Below, piece by piece: positions 9,115 through 18,666 of a stretch of DNA of 47,594 nt (within the stretch, counting starts at the first letter, position 1; every line of letters starts with the position of its first letter). The notes under the pieces are model-generated. The model made no database searches and was not told the DNA's origin. It worked only from the letters and a program-made list of their open reading frames with translations. Position numbers and translations under genes: made by a program. This stretch comes from Candidatus Geothermarchaeota archaeon (GTDB lineage Archaea > Thermoproteota > Nitrososphaeria > Geothermarchaeales > JDFR-13), in NCBI GenBank assembly GCA_015522055.1, contig WAMZ01000094.1, forward strand, positions 1 through 47,594, given 5' to 3'.

Positions 9115-10857
9115 ATGGATGGCGAGCCCCCGCCACCTACCAAGCCACTATCGGTAATTCTCCTTGAGCATGGAATATATGTATATGGACGGAGCCTCAA
9201 GTTCTCCCGACCCAGGGGGTTTAGAACTTTATCTTGGTGGGGTAGCGAGAGGATCGAATTAGAAAATGGATATAGTATAAACCCGAATATTGTGGGTGGC
9301 GAATTTATAGATGACATTAAACCACAGAAAATAAACTGGGTAACAAGCAAGCTACTCTGGAGCCTGAGGAGGGGCTTGGGGGCCGGGTTCTACCACAGAC
9401 CGTTCTTCAGAAATAAAATTGTATGGAGCATCTTCACGAGACTATTGGACAGGCTATTACCACATCCATATCCAGACCTGAGCCAGGCGCCTGTGGAGAA
9501 ATATCCCCTCCAGATAAATGTAGACTGCGATGTATTAATAGTGGGGTCAGGCGTATCCGGGCTTAAGGTAGCCGAGCAACTATCCAGAAAAAATATTAGC
9601 ATAGTTATTTTAGAGGGAGACAGGTTCGGTGTAGGCGGCTTCGCATCCCTTCTAGATAAGTACTCAGGCATGATATCCAAATTATTAGCCAGGCTACGTA
9701 GGAGGGGTGTAAAGATCCTAAAGGGAGTCGTGTTCCAAGGATTCCTAGAAGATGCATCCATAGCATATAAATATGATACGGAGCAGACGATACTGATTAA
9801 GTATGATAAACTTGTATTGGCGACTGGTGCATATGAAATCCCACCCTTAATCGAGAATAACGACCTACCAATGATAATACCAGTCTCAACCCTCCTCACA
9901 CTAGTCAAAAAATATGGATATAATCGTCTGAAAAAGGGGGTTGTGATAGCAGGTATGGGAGACCTCCAGCACATAATTGAGACCCTCGGCAACTATGGTA
10001 TAAAGCCTATAATAACTATGAGGGGGCGGGCCCCAAGCCATGTAAGGGAGTTGGCTGCCGACAGAGATATAGAGCTTATCGAGGAAGCCGAGAGAATAGT
10101 GGCGTTGGGGAGGGAGAGGGTTAGTGAAATAAAGATATATCTTAGGGGAGGAGAAAGGGTCGATATAAAAAGCGATTTCTTAGCTTATACCCCATTGGTG
10201 GCCCCAGATAAAGAGGTGACCGCTCAACTGGGTGTCCCGTATGCATTCGATACGAGGCTAGGGGGATATATACCCATTCACAGCATATATGGCGAATTAC
10301 CACTTGATGATAGGGAGATTTATCTTGTGGGAGGAGCAGGTGGATATATTCATATAGAGGCTATAGAGAAGGTGGGTGAGGCTGTAGGGAAATATATTCT
10401 AAGCAGCATAGGAGGTGGGGAGGATGACTACACTGACTTGATGGACGAGGCCCTAGCTATTCTAAAAGCTAGGTATCGAGATACATATGATGCCTTAATG
10501 GCCCTACACGACGCATATAGTAGGGGACGGCCCTATGAATATGTGGGGTGGGATGTGCCCCCTACATTTTTTGATGGAGATTCATCAAAAATATTTGTAT
10601 GCCCAGACCTCGATGTACTCCTAGACGACATTATACATGCATATAGAGACCTTGGTATGTGGAGGATGGAGCATATAAAGAGATACACAGGCTTGGGGAC
10701 AGGTGTATGTCAGGGGAGGGACTGCCAGCTAAACGCCGCAATAGTGATAAACCAATTGAGTGGTAAGGGGTTCCTAGAGATCGGGAGGTTCCGAGCGAGG
10801 TTCCCAACGGTACCCCAGACGCTACTAAGCCTAGGAGGTGTGGAGGTTGAGACATGA
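9115..10857 (+). CDS. FAD/NAD(P)-binding oxidoreductase, SoxA / L-proline dehydrogenase alpha-subunit-like (no C-terminal folate domain)
   Basis: SoxA-like N-terminus GRSLKFSRPRGF, dinucleotide fold VLIVGSGVSGLKVA, and a C-terminal BFD-like segment VCPD...GTGVCQGRDC. Its stop overlaps the start of the downstream beta-like gene. Confidence 0.7.
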   Translation: MDGEPPPPTKPLSVILLEHGIYVYGRSLKFSRPRGFRTLSWWGSERIELENGYSINPNIVGGEFIDDIKPQKINWVTSKLLWSLRRGLGAGFYHRPFFRNKIVWSIFTRLLDRLLPHPYPDLSQAPVEKYPLQINVDCDVLIVGSGVSGLKVAEQLSRKNISIVILEGDRFGVGGFASLLDKYSGMISKLLARLRRRGVKILKGVVFQGFLEDASIAYKYDTEQTILIKYDKLVLATGAYEIPPLIENNDLPMIIPVSTLLTLVKKYGYNRLKKGVVIAGMGDLQHIIETLGNYGIKPIITMRGRAPSHVRELAADRDIELIEEAERIVALGRERVSEIKIYLRGGERVDIKSDFLAYTPLVAPDKEVTAQLGVPYAFDTRLGGYIPIHSIYGELPLDDREIYLVGGAGGYIHIEAIEKVGEAVGKYILSSIGGGEDDYTDLMDEALAILKARYRDTYDALMALHDAYSRGRPYEYVGWDVPPTFFDGDSSKIFVCPDLDVLLDDIIHAYRDLGMWRMEHIKRYTGLGTGVCQGRDCQLNAAIVINQLSGKGFLEIGRFRARFPTVPQTLLSLGGVEVET

Positions 10858-12004
10858 CATAATTATAGTCGGGGGAGGGGTAATAGGCCTATCCATCGCA
10901 TACTATATTAAGAAGATGTCACCCGACACCGATGTAGCGGTATTTGAGGCGAAATATATTGGCTATGGAGCCAGCACGAGAAACGGGTCACATATAAGGG
11001 TACACTTCTGGAGTGAGGCAAATGTAGTATTCGCGGTTAAATCACGGGAACTGATGCTTAGACTAGCCAGTGAAACCGGATGGAATCCAATCCCATACAT
11101 AGGTGGGTATCTATGGCTTATATATGATGAGGACACGTACCAAGCCTACAAGTCTATAAATAGCCACCTATGGTCCAAATATAACGTGCCAGTAGACTTC
11201 CTAGAGCCGGAGGATGTTAGGGAGCGTTATCCATACCTCAATCCAGGTAGATTAATATCAGCCGTGTTGGGCAAGCAAGATGGAAAGATACACCACGACT
11301 TCGTCACCTACGCCTACGCATATAAATTCATGCAATATGGTGGAGTGATACACGAATATACCCCAGTAAATAGAATCATAGTTAGTGGCGATAGAATCAA
11401 GGGTGTCGAACTAAATGGTAAGACTGTGGAGGCAGATAAAGTAGTAGTCGCAGCCGGTGCGTGGAGCAGAAATCTCATGCATGGAGTCGGGGTGGATCTT
11501 CCGCTAACACCTAGCCGGAAGGAATTATCGGTTCTAGAGCCCACCAAGTTCTTCATCAAGCCATTAATAATCGATATGAGGCCAGACTCTAGAGGCCTCT
11601 ATGTATGCCAAACACCACGTGGGGAGATCATGGGGAGTGTGGATTATCCTGAGGTAACCGGGATATATGAATTCAATAATACCATCAAGTATCTATCGAC
11701 ATACGCTAGGATGGTGACTAGGCTGATACCGACCCTCAAATACCTAAGGATATTAAGGGTTTGGAGTGGGGACTATAATGTATCGGTCGACCATAGCCAC
11801 ATTATGGGTAGGGATGATGAATGGCCCGAGGGGCTATATGTAGCCACGGGCTACAGTGGACACGGATTTATGATGGCCCCATACACCGGCCTATTAATGG
11901 CTAAATACTTGGTAGATGAATATATACATAGGGATATGGAGCCATTCCTACCAACCAGGTTCAAGGAAGGCAAGCTAATAAAGGAGGAGATGGTTATCGG
12001 ATAA
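10838..12004 (+). CDS. FAD-dependent oxidoreductase, DAO family (sarcosine oxidase beta / L-proline dehydrogenase beta-like)
   Basis: IIIVGGGVIGLSIAYY dinucleotide motif and GHGFMMAP near the C-terminus. The track start is GTG at 10838. TTG at 10847, preceded by GGAGGTG (10834-10840), is an equally plausible start. Confidence 0.75.
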   Translation: MWRLRHDIIIVGGGVIGLSIAYYIKKMSPDTDVAVFEAKYIGYGASTRNGSHIRVHFWSEANVVFAVKSRELMLRLASETGWNPIPYIGGYLWLIYDEDTYQAYKSINSHLWSKYNVPVDFLEPEDVRERYPYLNPGRLISAVLGKQDGKIHHDFVTYAYAYKFMQYGGVIHEYTPVNRIIVSGDRIKGVELNGKTVEADKVVVAAGAWSRNLMHGVGVDLPLTPSRKELSVLEPTKFFIKPLIIDMRPDSRGLYVCQTPRGEIMGSVDYPEVTGIYEFNNTIKYLSTYARMVTRLIPTLKYLRILRVWSGDYNVSVDHSHIMGRDDEWPEGLYVATGYSGHGFMMAPYTGLLMAKYLVDEYIHRDMEPFLPTRFKEGKLIKEEMVIG

Positions 12005-12009
12005 GCCGG

Positions 12010-13371
12010 CTAACCAGCCCTAGTCACATAGTTATACATCAGCGATATGGTATACTTTGCTATGCCAGGTATCGTATCCACGGTTATATATTCATTTGGT
12101 GCATGGGCCCGGCCGCCATGACCAGGTCCAGCCGCCACACTCTCTATACCCAAGACCCTAGTAAATAGGTAGGTCGGAGCCGAACCCGGGAGGATAGGTA
12201 TCGTGTATGGCTTCATCCCCATACTTCTATACGCCTCCCTAGCCGCCTCCGCCGCCAAGCCATCGGGGTCACTCTTACTCCATGGATACATATCCATCAA
12301 CTCTACATCGACGAATCTTGCTAACCCAATATCCTCTATATGTTTAATGAAACGTCTGTATACCTTCTCGGGATCCATATTAGGTACGAGCCGGAAATCT
12401 ATCCTCAAGACACCATTACTAGGGACTATCGTCTTCGTCCCGGGCCCAGTGTAGCCAGATGTGAAGCCATCGACATTTACATTGGGTTTGAAGAACACCT
12501 CTATATATAGTTCTCTACCCGATAACCTACTCTCCCTAACCTTATACAACTCCATAGGCACCTCGAATGGAGATGCCTCCATAATATCGTCCAAATATTT
12601 TAGGTCGGATTCATTGGGCGGCTCGGCATCCTCCTCAAGCCACCCGATCATCGGGCCTTCCAATGGGTCGATCATACTAGATACAAGCCTAGATAGTATG
12701 ACGGCCGGATTGTATAGACCCCTCCCAAGGCTACTATGGACATCATATTCACTGGTCTTAACCCTAACCTCAATAAATATGATTCCCTTATTACCCAATA
12801 TTACCCTCGGCTTACCCCTAATCGACTCTGTGGGGAACGCGAAGTACTGAAATGAGGCTTTGGACAGCTCATCTTTAAGGTCCTCTACGAACTTAGGCAT
12901 ACTCGGGCTGCCAAGCTCCTCCTCCCCCTCCAAAACAAAATAGATATTCACTGGTAGGCTACCGAACTCCTTTATATGATACTTCATCCCAAGTAGCCCG
13001 CTCAATAAAGCACCCTTCGTATTATATGCCCCCCTAGCATATAATTTATCACCGTCTATAACCGCCTCGAACGGTGGATAAATCCACTTATCCAGAGGCT
13101 CGACAGGCTGTACATCATACATATTGTAGTATATCATGCTATGCCTAGCCCCACTATCAAGATATCCATAGATAATAGGGTGGCCCCCATACCTCCTGAG
13201 CTCAGCCTGGCCACCAAGCTCGTCTATAATGAAATCCCTGAGGAACGATGCTGTCTCCTCTATACCCTCACCAGTACCCGATACACTAGGCATCCTGAGG
13301 AAATGCCTAACCTCCTCTACCAAGGCAGATGAATTAGAATCTATAAGATTGAAGAACTTCTCGATATTCAT
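12010..13371 (-). CDS. M20-family metallopeptidase / dipeptidase (ArgE/DapE/ACY1/CPG2 superfamily)
   Basis: YNMYDVQP, RGAYNTKG, VLEGEEELGS and HAPNEY motifs typical of M20 zinc peptidases with a dimerisation insert. Confidence 0.8.
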   Translation of the reverse strand: MNIEKFFNLIDSNSSALVEEVRHFLRMPSVSGTGEGIEETASFLRDFIIDELGGQAELRRYGGHPIIYGYLDSGARHSMIYYNMYDVQPVEPLDKWIYPPFEAVIDGDKLYARGAYNTKGALLSGLLGMKYHIKEFGSLPVNIYFVLEGEEELGSPSMPKFVEDLKDELSKASFQYFAFPTESIRGKPRVILGNKGIIFIEVRVKTSEYDVHSSLGRGLYNPAVILSRLVSSMIDPLEGPMIGWLEEDAEPPNESDLKYLDDIMEASPFEVPMELYKVRESRLSGRELYIEVFFKPNVNVDGFTSGYTGPGTKTIVPSNGVLRIDFRLVPNMDPEKVYRRFIKHIEDIGLARFVDVELMDMYPWSKSDPDGLAAEAAREAYRSMGMKPYTIPILPGSAPTYLFTRVLGIESVAAGPGHGGRAHAPNEYITVDTIPGIAKYTISLMYNYVTRAG

Positions 13372-13476
13372 TAATAGAATATATACATTGATTATCTATA
13401 TTTATCTAGATTGATTCTCCCTGCTACTGATGAGAATATATTGTAATTTAAAAACAAATCTTAGCCTTAGATAAAT

Positions 13477-15657
13477 GTGGAGATGGGTGAACGGATCGAG
13501 AGGCTATATCTGAAGATCGGAGGCATATCCTGCTCATTCTGTGTAGAGACGATTGAGAAGGCGGTCTCGAGAATAGATGGAGTCGAGAGTGTTAGAGTAA
13601 GCCTTGCACATGAAGAATTAATTGTATATTATAACCCTAAGCTCGTCACGAAGGATGAGATCATATATACACTTGAGGAATTGGGATATACAATTAAAGA
13701 CCCGAGGAGGGCGAGGGCTCTAGAGGAATCGATGGAGGAGTTGCGGAGGGCTAGGCGTCGATTAATTAAGGCCGGTATTATAACAATCGGAGCAACCATA
13801 CTCATGGTTAGTATGTGGCTAGGCCTAAAAACCATATTCCACCCATATATAGCTATGGCACTGGCATTGTCAATCATGGCTGGACCTGGACTATGGATAA
13901 AGAAGAGGGCATACAATTCTATAAAAAGAGGGATCCTGAACCAGCATGTATTACTCGAGATAGGTGCATTATCAGGCTTCATAGGCGGGATACTAGGTTT
14001 GGTGATTCCTAGGATACCACCTGGGGAGTTATTTATTGCATCGGTATACCTAACCGCATACCATATATTGGGTGACTATACCTCGGCCTTCGTCAGGGTT
14101 AGGTCCGATCAAGCGATAATCAAGTTACTTAGCCTCCAGCCCAAGCGAGTAACTGTTGTAGTTGAGGGAAATGAATTTGTAAAATCTATAGATGACCTGA
14201 GGGTGGGCGAGGTAGTCCGCGTAAGGCCAGGTGAGAGGATACCCTGCGATGGAGTAATAATAATGGGGAAAGCGACGGTAGATGAGTCTATAGTTACTGG
14301 TGAGCCGACGCCAGTCATAAAGAATATTGGAGACGATGTAGTGGGTGGATCAATATGTGTAGATGGTACGCTGGATATTGAGGTTACAGCCGTCGGTGAA
14401 GATAGCTTCTTAGGTAGGATAATTAAATATGTAGAGGAGGCGAGGGCCTTCAAACCCAATATAATCCTAATCCTAGATAAGGTATTGAGATACTATATTC
14501 CATTCGTCTTAATAACTGGTTTGGCGTCATTCACCTTCTGGATAATATATGCTTATATTTATGGAACCATGGATCTAATCAGGCCTATATATGCATTGAT
14601 CACGGTCTATGTGATGGGCTATCCATGTGCACTTGGGATGGCGATGCCGCTGGCGATTATAAGGAGTAATACGGCGGCGGCGATGGAGAGAATTTTAGTT
14701 AGGAGCGGTGAGGCCTATCAAGTATATCCATATATAGATGTCATAGTCTTCGATAAGACGGGTACAGTTACATATGGGAGGCCCAAGGTTGTCGATGTAT
14801 ATGCCGAGGGTATAGATAGAGATGAATTAATATATTATGCCGCGACCGCCGAGAGGTATAGCGAGCACCCTATAGCAAGAGCATTGGTGGAGTATGCAGA
14901 GGCCCATGAAATCTACCTAGGAATCCCTAGGGAATTCCATGTATACCCTGGTGAGGGTGTGTCGGCTATAGTCTCTAACAAAGTCGTCCTAGTTGGAAGG
15001 CCTAAGATGTTGGAGGAAGAGGGAATAAAATTCTCCGACTATATAAGGAAGATGATAACCAACTATGCTGGGAGGCGATTAACAACGGTAGCTGTATCTA
15101 TAGACGGCGTCTGTATGGGGGTTATAGGGCTAAGGGACCTACCCAGAGAAGAAGCCCATAAAGTGATTCAAAAGTTCAAGAAAGACAGTGTCAAAACCAT
15201 CTTATTATCCGGAGACAACAAGATGACGGTCAGGGAGATAGCTAGGGACCTAGGTTTCGACAAATATTATGGAGATGTAATGCCGGAACGGAAGGTAAAG
15301 ATCATTAGAGGGATTCAGGAATCTGGGGCTAGGGTGGCCATGGTAGGCGACGGTATAAACGATGCACCAGCATTGACCCAGGCCGATGTAGGTATAGCAC
15401 TCGCGACTGGAACCGACATAGCTATAGAGTCGAGCGACATAATTATAACCGGAGGAAACCTAATGAAAGTTTACCGTGCTAAGAAACTGCTTGAGAAGGG
15501 ATATAGACGTACGAAGGAGAACCTATTAGTTGCATTCATCTTTAATGGAGTAGGCGTCCCAATAGCAGCAACAGGCCTCCTGCCACCTACAGCCGCAATG
15601 ATAGCGATGATACTCTCCGTATCAGCACTACTAATAAATACATTCAGGGGACTATGA
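13477..15657 (+). CDS. P1B-type heavy-metal ATPase with a non-canonical transmembrane metal site (YPC)
   Basis: N-terminal HMA domain with GISCSFC; TGEP, DKTGT, SEHPIA and GDGINDAP motifs. The TM motif is GYPCALGMAMP, not CPC/CPH/SPC. TM7/8 read AFIFNG and AMILSVS, not YN / MxxSS. The likely start is ATG 13483. Confidence 0.85.
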   Translation: MEMGERIERLYLKIGGISCSFCVETIEKAVSRIDGVESVRVSLAHEELIVYYNPKLVTKDEIIYTLEELGYTIKDPRRARALEESMEELRRARRRLIKAGIITIGATILMVSMWLGLKTIFHPYIAMALALSIMAGPGLWIKKRAYNSIKRGILNQHVLLEIGALSGFIGGILGLVIPRIPPGELFIASVYLTAYHILGDYTSAFVRVRSDQAIIKLLSLQPKRVTVVVEGNEFVKSIDDLRVGEVVRVRPGERIPCDGVIIMGKATVDESIVTGEPTPVIKNIGDDVVGGSICVDGTLDIEVTAVGEDSFLGRIIKYVEEARAFKPNIILILDKVLRYYIPFVLITGLASFTFWIIYAYIYGTMDLIRPIYALITVYVMGYPCALGMAMPLAIIRSNTAAAMERILVRSGEAYQVYPYIDVIVFDKTGTVTYGRPKVVDVYAEGIDRDELIYYAATAERYSEHPIARALVEYAEAHEIYLGIPREFHVYPGEGVSAIVSNKVVLVGRPKMLEEEGIKFSDYIRKMITNYAGRRLTTVAVSIDGVCMGVIGLRDLPREEAHKVIQKFKKDSVKTILLSGDNKMTVREIARDLGFDKYYGDVMPERKVKIIRGIQESGARVAMVGDGINDAPALTQADVGIALATGTDIAIESSDIIITGGNLMKVYRAKKLLEKGYRRTKENLLVAFIFNGVGVPIAATGLLPPTAAMIAMILSVSALLINTFRGL

Positions 15658-15765
15658 GTTAGAAAGCCTATACATATGTATATCTAGTAAGCCTATAAAC
15701 TTTCCAAAATGGCAAGGATAAATGTTTTAATCATGTACATCTCTATATTTAGTGGTGATTTTTGA

Positions 15766-15975
15766 ATGGTTAAATGCACCACGTGTGGAATGGAGATAGC
15801 GGACGAGAAGGCTGCATTGAAGTTGGAGTACGAGGGCGAGCTATACTACTTCTGCTGCGAACACTGTAGAGACGCCTTTACACAGAACCCGGAGAAATTC
15901 GTCGGTAAGGGCCATGAACACCATGGCCACCATGGCCACCACGGCCATGGACACGGTGGACATTCCTGCTGCTAA
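15766..15975 (+). CDS. TRASH/YHS-domain metal-binding protein with a His-rich tail (CopM/CopT-like copper chaperone candidate)
   Basis: C-x2-C-x22-C-x3-C pattern (CTTC...FCCEHC) with the YHS-like context ELYYFCCEHCRDAF. C-terminal tail GKGHEHHGHHGHHGHGHGGHSCC. A GGTGA SD lies upstream, and the gene sits immediately upstream of copA. Confidence 0.75.
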   Translation: MVKCTTCGMEIADEKAALKLEYEGELYYFCCEHCRDAFTQNPEKFVGKGHEHHGHHGHHGHGHGGHSCC

Positions 15976-16051
15976 TGAGAGGCAATAAACTACTAGGAAT
16001 CTTCCACCACCTTTTTTATAATCCATATACTAATTTGGAGGTGATTATTGG

Positions 16052-18472
16052 ATGACTAAAAAGAAAGTTGTATTAAAGATTAAAGGCATGCACTGTGCAA
16101 ACTGTGCATTGACGATAGAGAAGAATATAAAGAGGCTTGATGGGATTGAGGATGCCAACGTCAGCTTCGCATCGGAGAAAGCTATGGTTACATTCGACCC
16201 CAGAAAGATTAGTATCAGGGATATAGAGGAGACCATAAGGAATACGGGGTATGATGTAGAGTATGAGAAGATTAGGCTGAATGTATCTGGACTAACCGAT
16301 AAACTATATAGCAATGTAATTGAGGAGAGATTCAGGCAGATCGAGGGCGTCAAGGACGTCTCTGTAAACTATGTAAGTAGCCAGATATACATCGAGTATA
16401 ATCCAGCCCTAGTATCGCTGGGAGACTTTAAGAAGGTCCTGAACGAACTAGGACTGGATATCGTGAGTGAAGAATATACTGCCTCGGCTGAGGAGATGTA
16501 TGTACAGACACTAAAGAGGAAGGTAATTATAGGCTTGATACTATCTGGTGTAGTTGTATTATATAGTTATCCAGAGTTCTTCAGATTCGTCCCAATGGCT
16601 GGAACAGCGGTGGCGGCCTATCTACTTGCCATAGCCACTGGATTCATCCAGATATACCTAGGAATAACATTCTATAGAGGAGCCATCAATGCTGCGAGGA
16701 TGGGTACGGCTACCATGGATACATTGGTAGCACTGGGCACTACAGCGGCGTATCTAATGAGCCTATGGTTCACCCTACCAACGCCGGACTGGAGGAACAT
16801 GTATTATGATGTATCTGCAGTAGTCATATCATTCGTATTACTAGGTAAATTCCTGGAGCATAGGACTAAGAGCAGGACATCCGCGGTCATCAAGAAGCTT
16901 ATGGATCTCCAGCCGAAGAGGGCCAGGGTAATTGTAGATGGTGAGGAGAAGGAGATACCGATAGAATTAATCAATGTAGGGGACGTTATGATCGTCAGGC
17001 CTGGAGAGAAGATACCGACGGATGGAGTAGTTATTGAGGGCCACTCAACCGTTGATGAGTCGATGGTGACAGGGGAATCGGTACCAGTGGAGAAGAAGGT
17101 TGGGGATGAAGTCATTGGAGGAACGGTGAATAAAGAGGGTGTTCTAAAGGTACGGGCAACCAAGATAGGTGATGAGACATTCCTAGCTCAAGTCACTAAA
17201 CTCGTTGAGGAAGCACTAAGTAGCAAACCGGCGATACAGAGAGTGGTTGATAAGATAGCTGGCATATTTACATATATCGTAATAGCAATAGCTACTCTAA
17301 CATTCTTCACATGGTATTTCGTATTTGGAGCCGGTATAACCACAGCCCTACTATACTCGGTCGCGGTTCTGGTTGTGGCATGCCCATGTGCACTCGGGCT
17401 TGCGACCCCTACGGCGATCATGGTAGGTATGGGTAAGGGGGCTGAGTATGGTATCCTAATTAAGAACGGTGAAGCCTTGGAGAAGGCCGGGAAGATTAGG
17501 CATATAATATTTGACAAGACAGGTACATTGACGGAGGGGAGCCCTAAGGTAGTCATGATTAAACCCTTGATACCGGTAGATGTCAAGCTGAATGGAATGA
17601 ATACAGATGATGTATTGAGGTATGCCGCTGTAGCCGAGAAGAACTCGGAGCATCCACTCGCTAAGGCCATCGTTGAAGCGGCTATAGAGAAGGGTATATC
17701 AATTGAAGAACCCGAGGACTTCATATCCTCACCAGGTAAAGGTGTTAAGGCCATATACAACGGTAAGAAGATCATAGTGGGTAAACTCAGCTATCTAAAG
17801 GATAATGGGCTTGATACAGAGGATGCGGAGAAGGAGGCTTCAAAGCTTATGGAGAAGGGCTATACCATAGTCGGCGTAGCCATAGATGACTATGTAGTTG
17901 GGCTAATCGGGTTAATCGATACACCTAGGAAGGAGGCGAAGCAGGTAATCAATGAGTTGAGGAGGATGGGTATAGAGGTCGGTATGATAACCGGTGATAA
18001 CGAGAGAACAGCTAAGGCCATAGCCGAGATGTTGGGCATCGACTTCGTCCTGGCCAACGTCCTGCCGGGTGGGAAGTCTAAGGAGATAAAGAAGCTCCAG
18101 TCCGAGGGTAAACTCGTCGGCATGGTTGGAGATGGTGTGAACGATGCACCAGCGTTGACCCAGGCCGATGTAGGATTCGCCCTGGGAAGCGGTACAGACA
18201 TAGCCATCGAAGCAGGTGACATAATATTGGTGAGGGACGACCTCAGAGACGTCGTGGCGGCCATTCAGCTAAGTAAGAGGACGATTAAACAGGTTAAGGA
18301 GAACTTATTCTGGGCATTCATATATAACACTATACTAATCCCGTTGGCTGCAGCAGGCCTAGTATATCCGGCTCTCGCCGGTATAGCCATGGCGATGAGC
18401 TCCGTATCAGTGACGAGCTGGTCCCTACTCATGAAACGGTACAAACCAGAGATTAAGAGGATGAGGAACTGA
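16052..18472 (+). CDS. copA: Cu(I)-exporting P1B-1 ATPase CopA
   Basis: HMA domain 1 GMHCANC; a second HMA-like repeat without cysteines ([10 protein letters not shown]). [26 protein letters not shown] and GDGVNDAP motifs. Cu(I) signatures FIYN and [20 protein letters not shown] lies 7 nt upstream of the ATG. Confidence 0.9.
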   Translation: MTKKKVVLKIKGMHCANCALTIEKNIKRLDGIEDANVSFASEKAMVTFDPRKISIRDIEETIRNTGYDVEYEKIRLNVSGLTDKLYSNVIEERFRQIEGVKDVSVNYVSSQIYIEYNPALVSLGDFKKVLNELGLDIVSEEYTASAEEMYVQTLKRKVIIGLILSGVVVLYSYPEFFRFVPMAGTAVAAYLLAIATGFIQIYLGITFYRGAINAARMGTATMDTLVALGTTAAYLMSLWFTLPTPDWRNMYYDVSAVVISFVLLGKFLEHRTKSRTSAVIKKLMDLQPKRARVIVDGEEKEIPIELINVGDVMIVRPGEKIPTDGVVIEGHSTVDESMVTGESVPVEKKVGDEVIGGTVNKEGVLKVRATKIGDETFLAQVTKLVEEALSSKPAIQRVVDKIAGIFTYIVIAIATLTFFTWYFVFGAGITTALLYSVAVLVVACPCALGLATPTAIMVGMGKGAEYGILIKNGEALEKAGKIRHIIFDKTGTLTEGSPKVVMIKPLIPVDVKLNGMNTDDVLRYAAVAEKNSEHPLAKAIVEAAIEKGISIEEPEDFISSPGKGVKAIYNGKKIIVGKLSYLKDNGLDTEDAEKEASKLMEKGYTIVGVAIDDYVVGLIGLIDTPRKEAKQVINELRRMGIEVGMITGDNERTAKAIAEMLGIDFVLANVLPGGKSKEIKKLQSEGKLVGMVGDGVNDAPALTQADVGFALGSGTDIAIEAGDIILVRDDLRDVVAAIQLSKRTIKQVKENLFWAFIYNTILIPLAAAGLVYPALAGIAMAMSSVSVTSWSLLMKRYKPEIKRMRN

Positions 18473-18485
18473 CCAGCAACACATA

Positions 18486-18523
18486 TTTTTTATCCTCTCT
18501 TTCATAGGTATCCCAAATTTTTT
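18486..18523 (+). terminator. Oligo-T tracts downstream of copA (archaeal-type intrinsic termination signal)
   Basis: T6 at 18486-18491 and T6 at 18518-18523, within 55 nt after the copA stop, in a spacer between convergent genes. Confidence 0.35.
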
Positions 18524-18666
18524 ATCTTTCAAGTCAATAAGGGTAGACTAGCCGATTCCGGGATATCCAAATGAGATTCAATATCCTTATTAATCCTGCT
18601 TAAGCATCTTTGATACTGGAATATATTCTTTATGCTAAATATTTGGCCTAATCATATATGGGGGAA

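Noticed and set aside
9390-9992. 200-aa minus-strand ORF inside the SoxA-like alpha gene
   Set aside because: It is antisense to a gene carrying a dinucleotide-binding motif, and it has no independent promoter or SD and no recognisable domain.
13387-13416. Mirror-like arrangement ATTGATT-ATCTA...ATCTA-G-ATTGATT, including the ATCTAGAT palindrome, in the M20/ATPase divergent promoter. ATCTAGAT also occurs at ~35019.
   Set aside because: The same TATCTAGATGG string also occurs inside the hmgA coding sequence (~7024), which indicates background occurrence. The repeats are short and AT-rich.
17188-17775. 195-aa minus-strand ORF antisense to copA, plus similar antisense ORFs at 16804-17163 and 17890-18264
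   Set aside because: Long antisense frames are common opposite P-type ATPase genes because of their codon periodicity. The translations are Ser/Thr/Pro/Ala-rich with no motifs.
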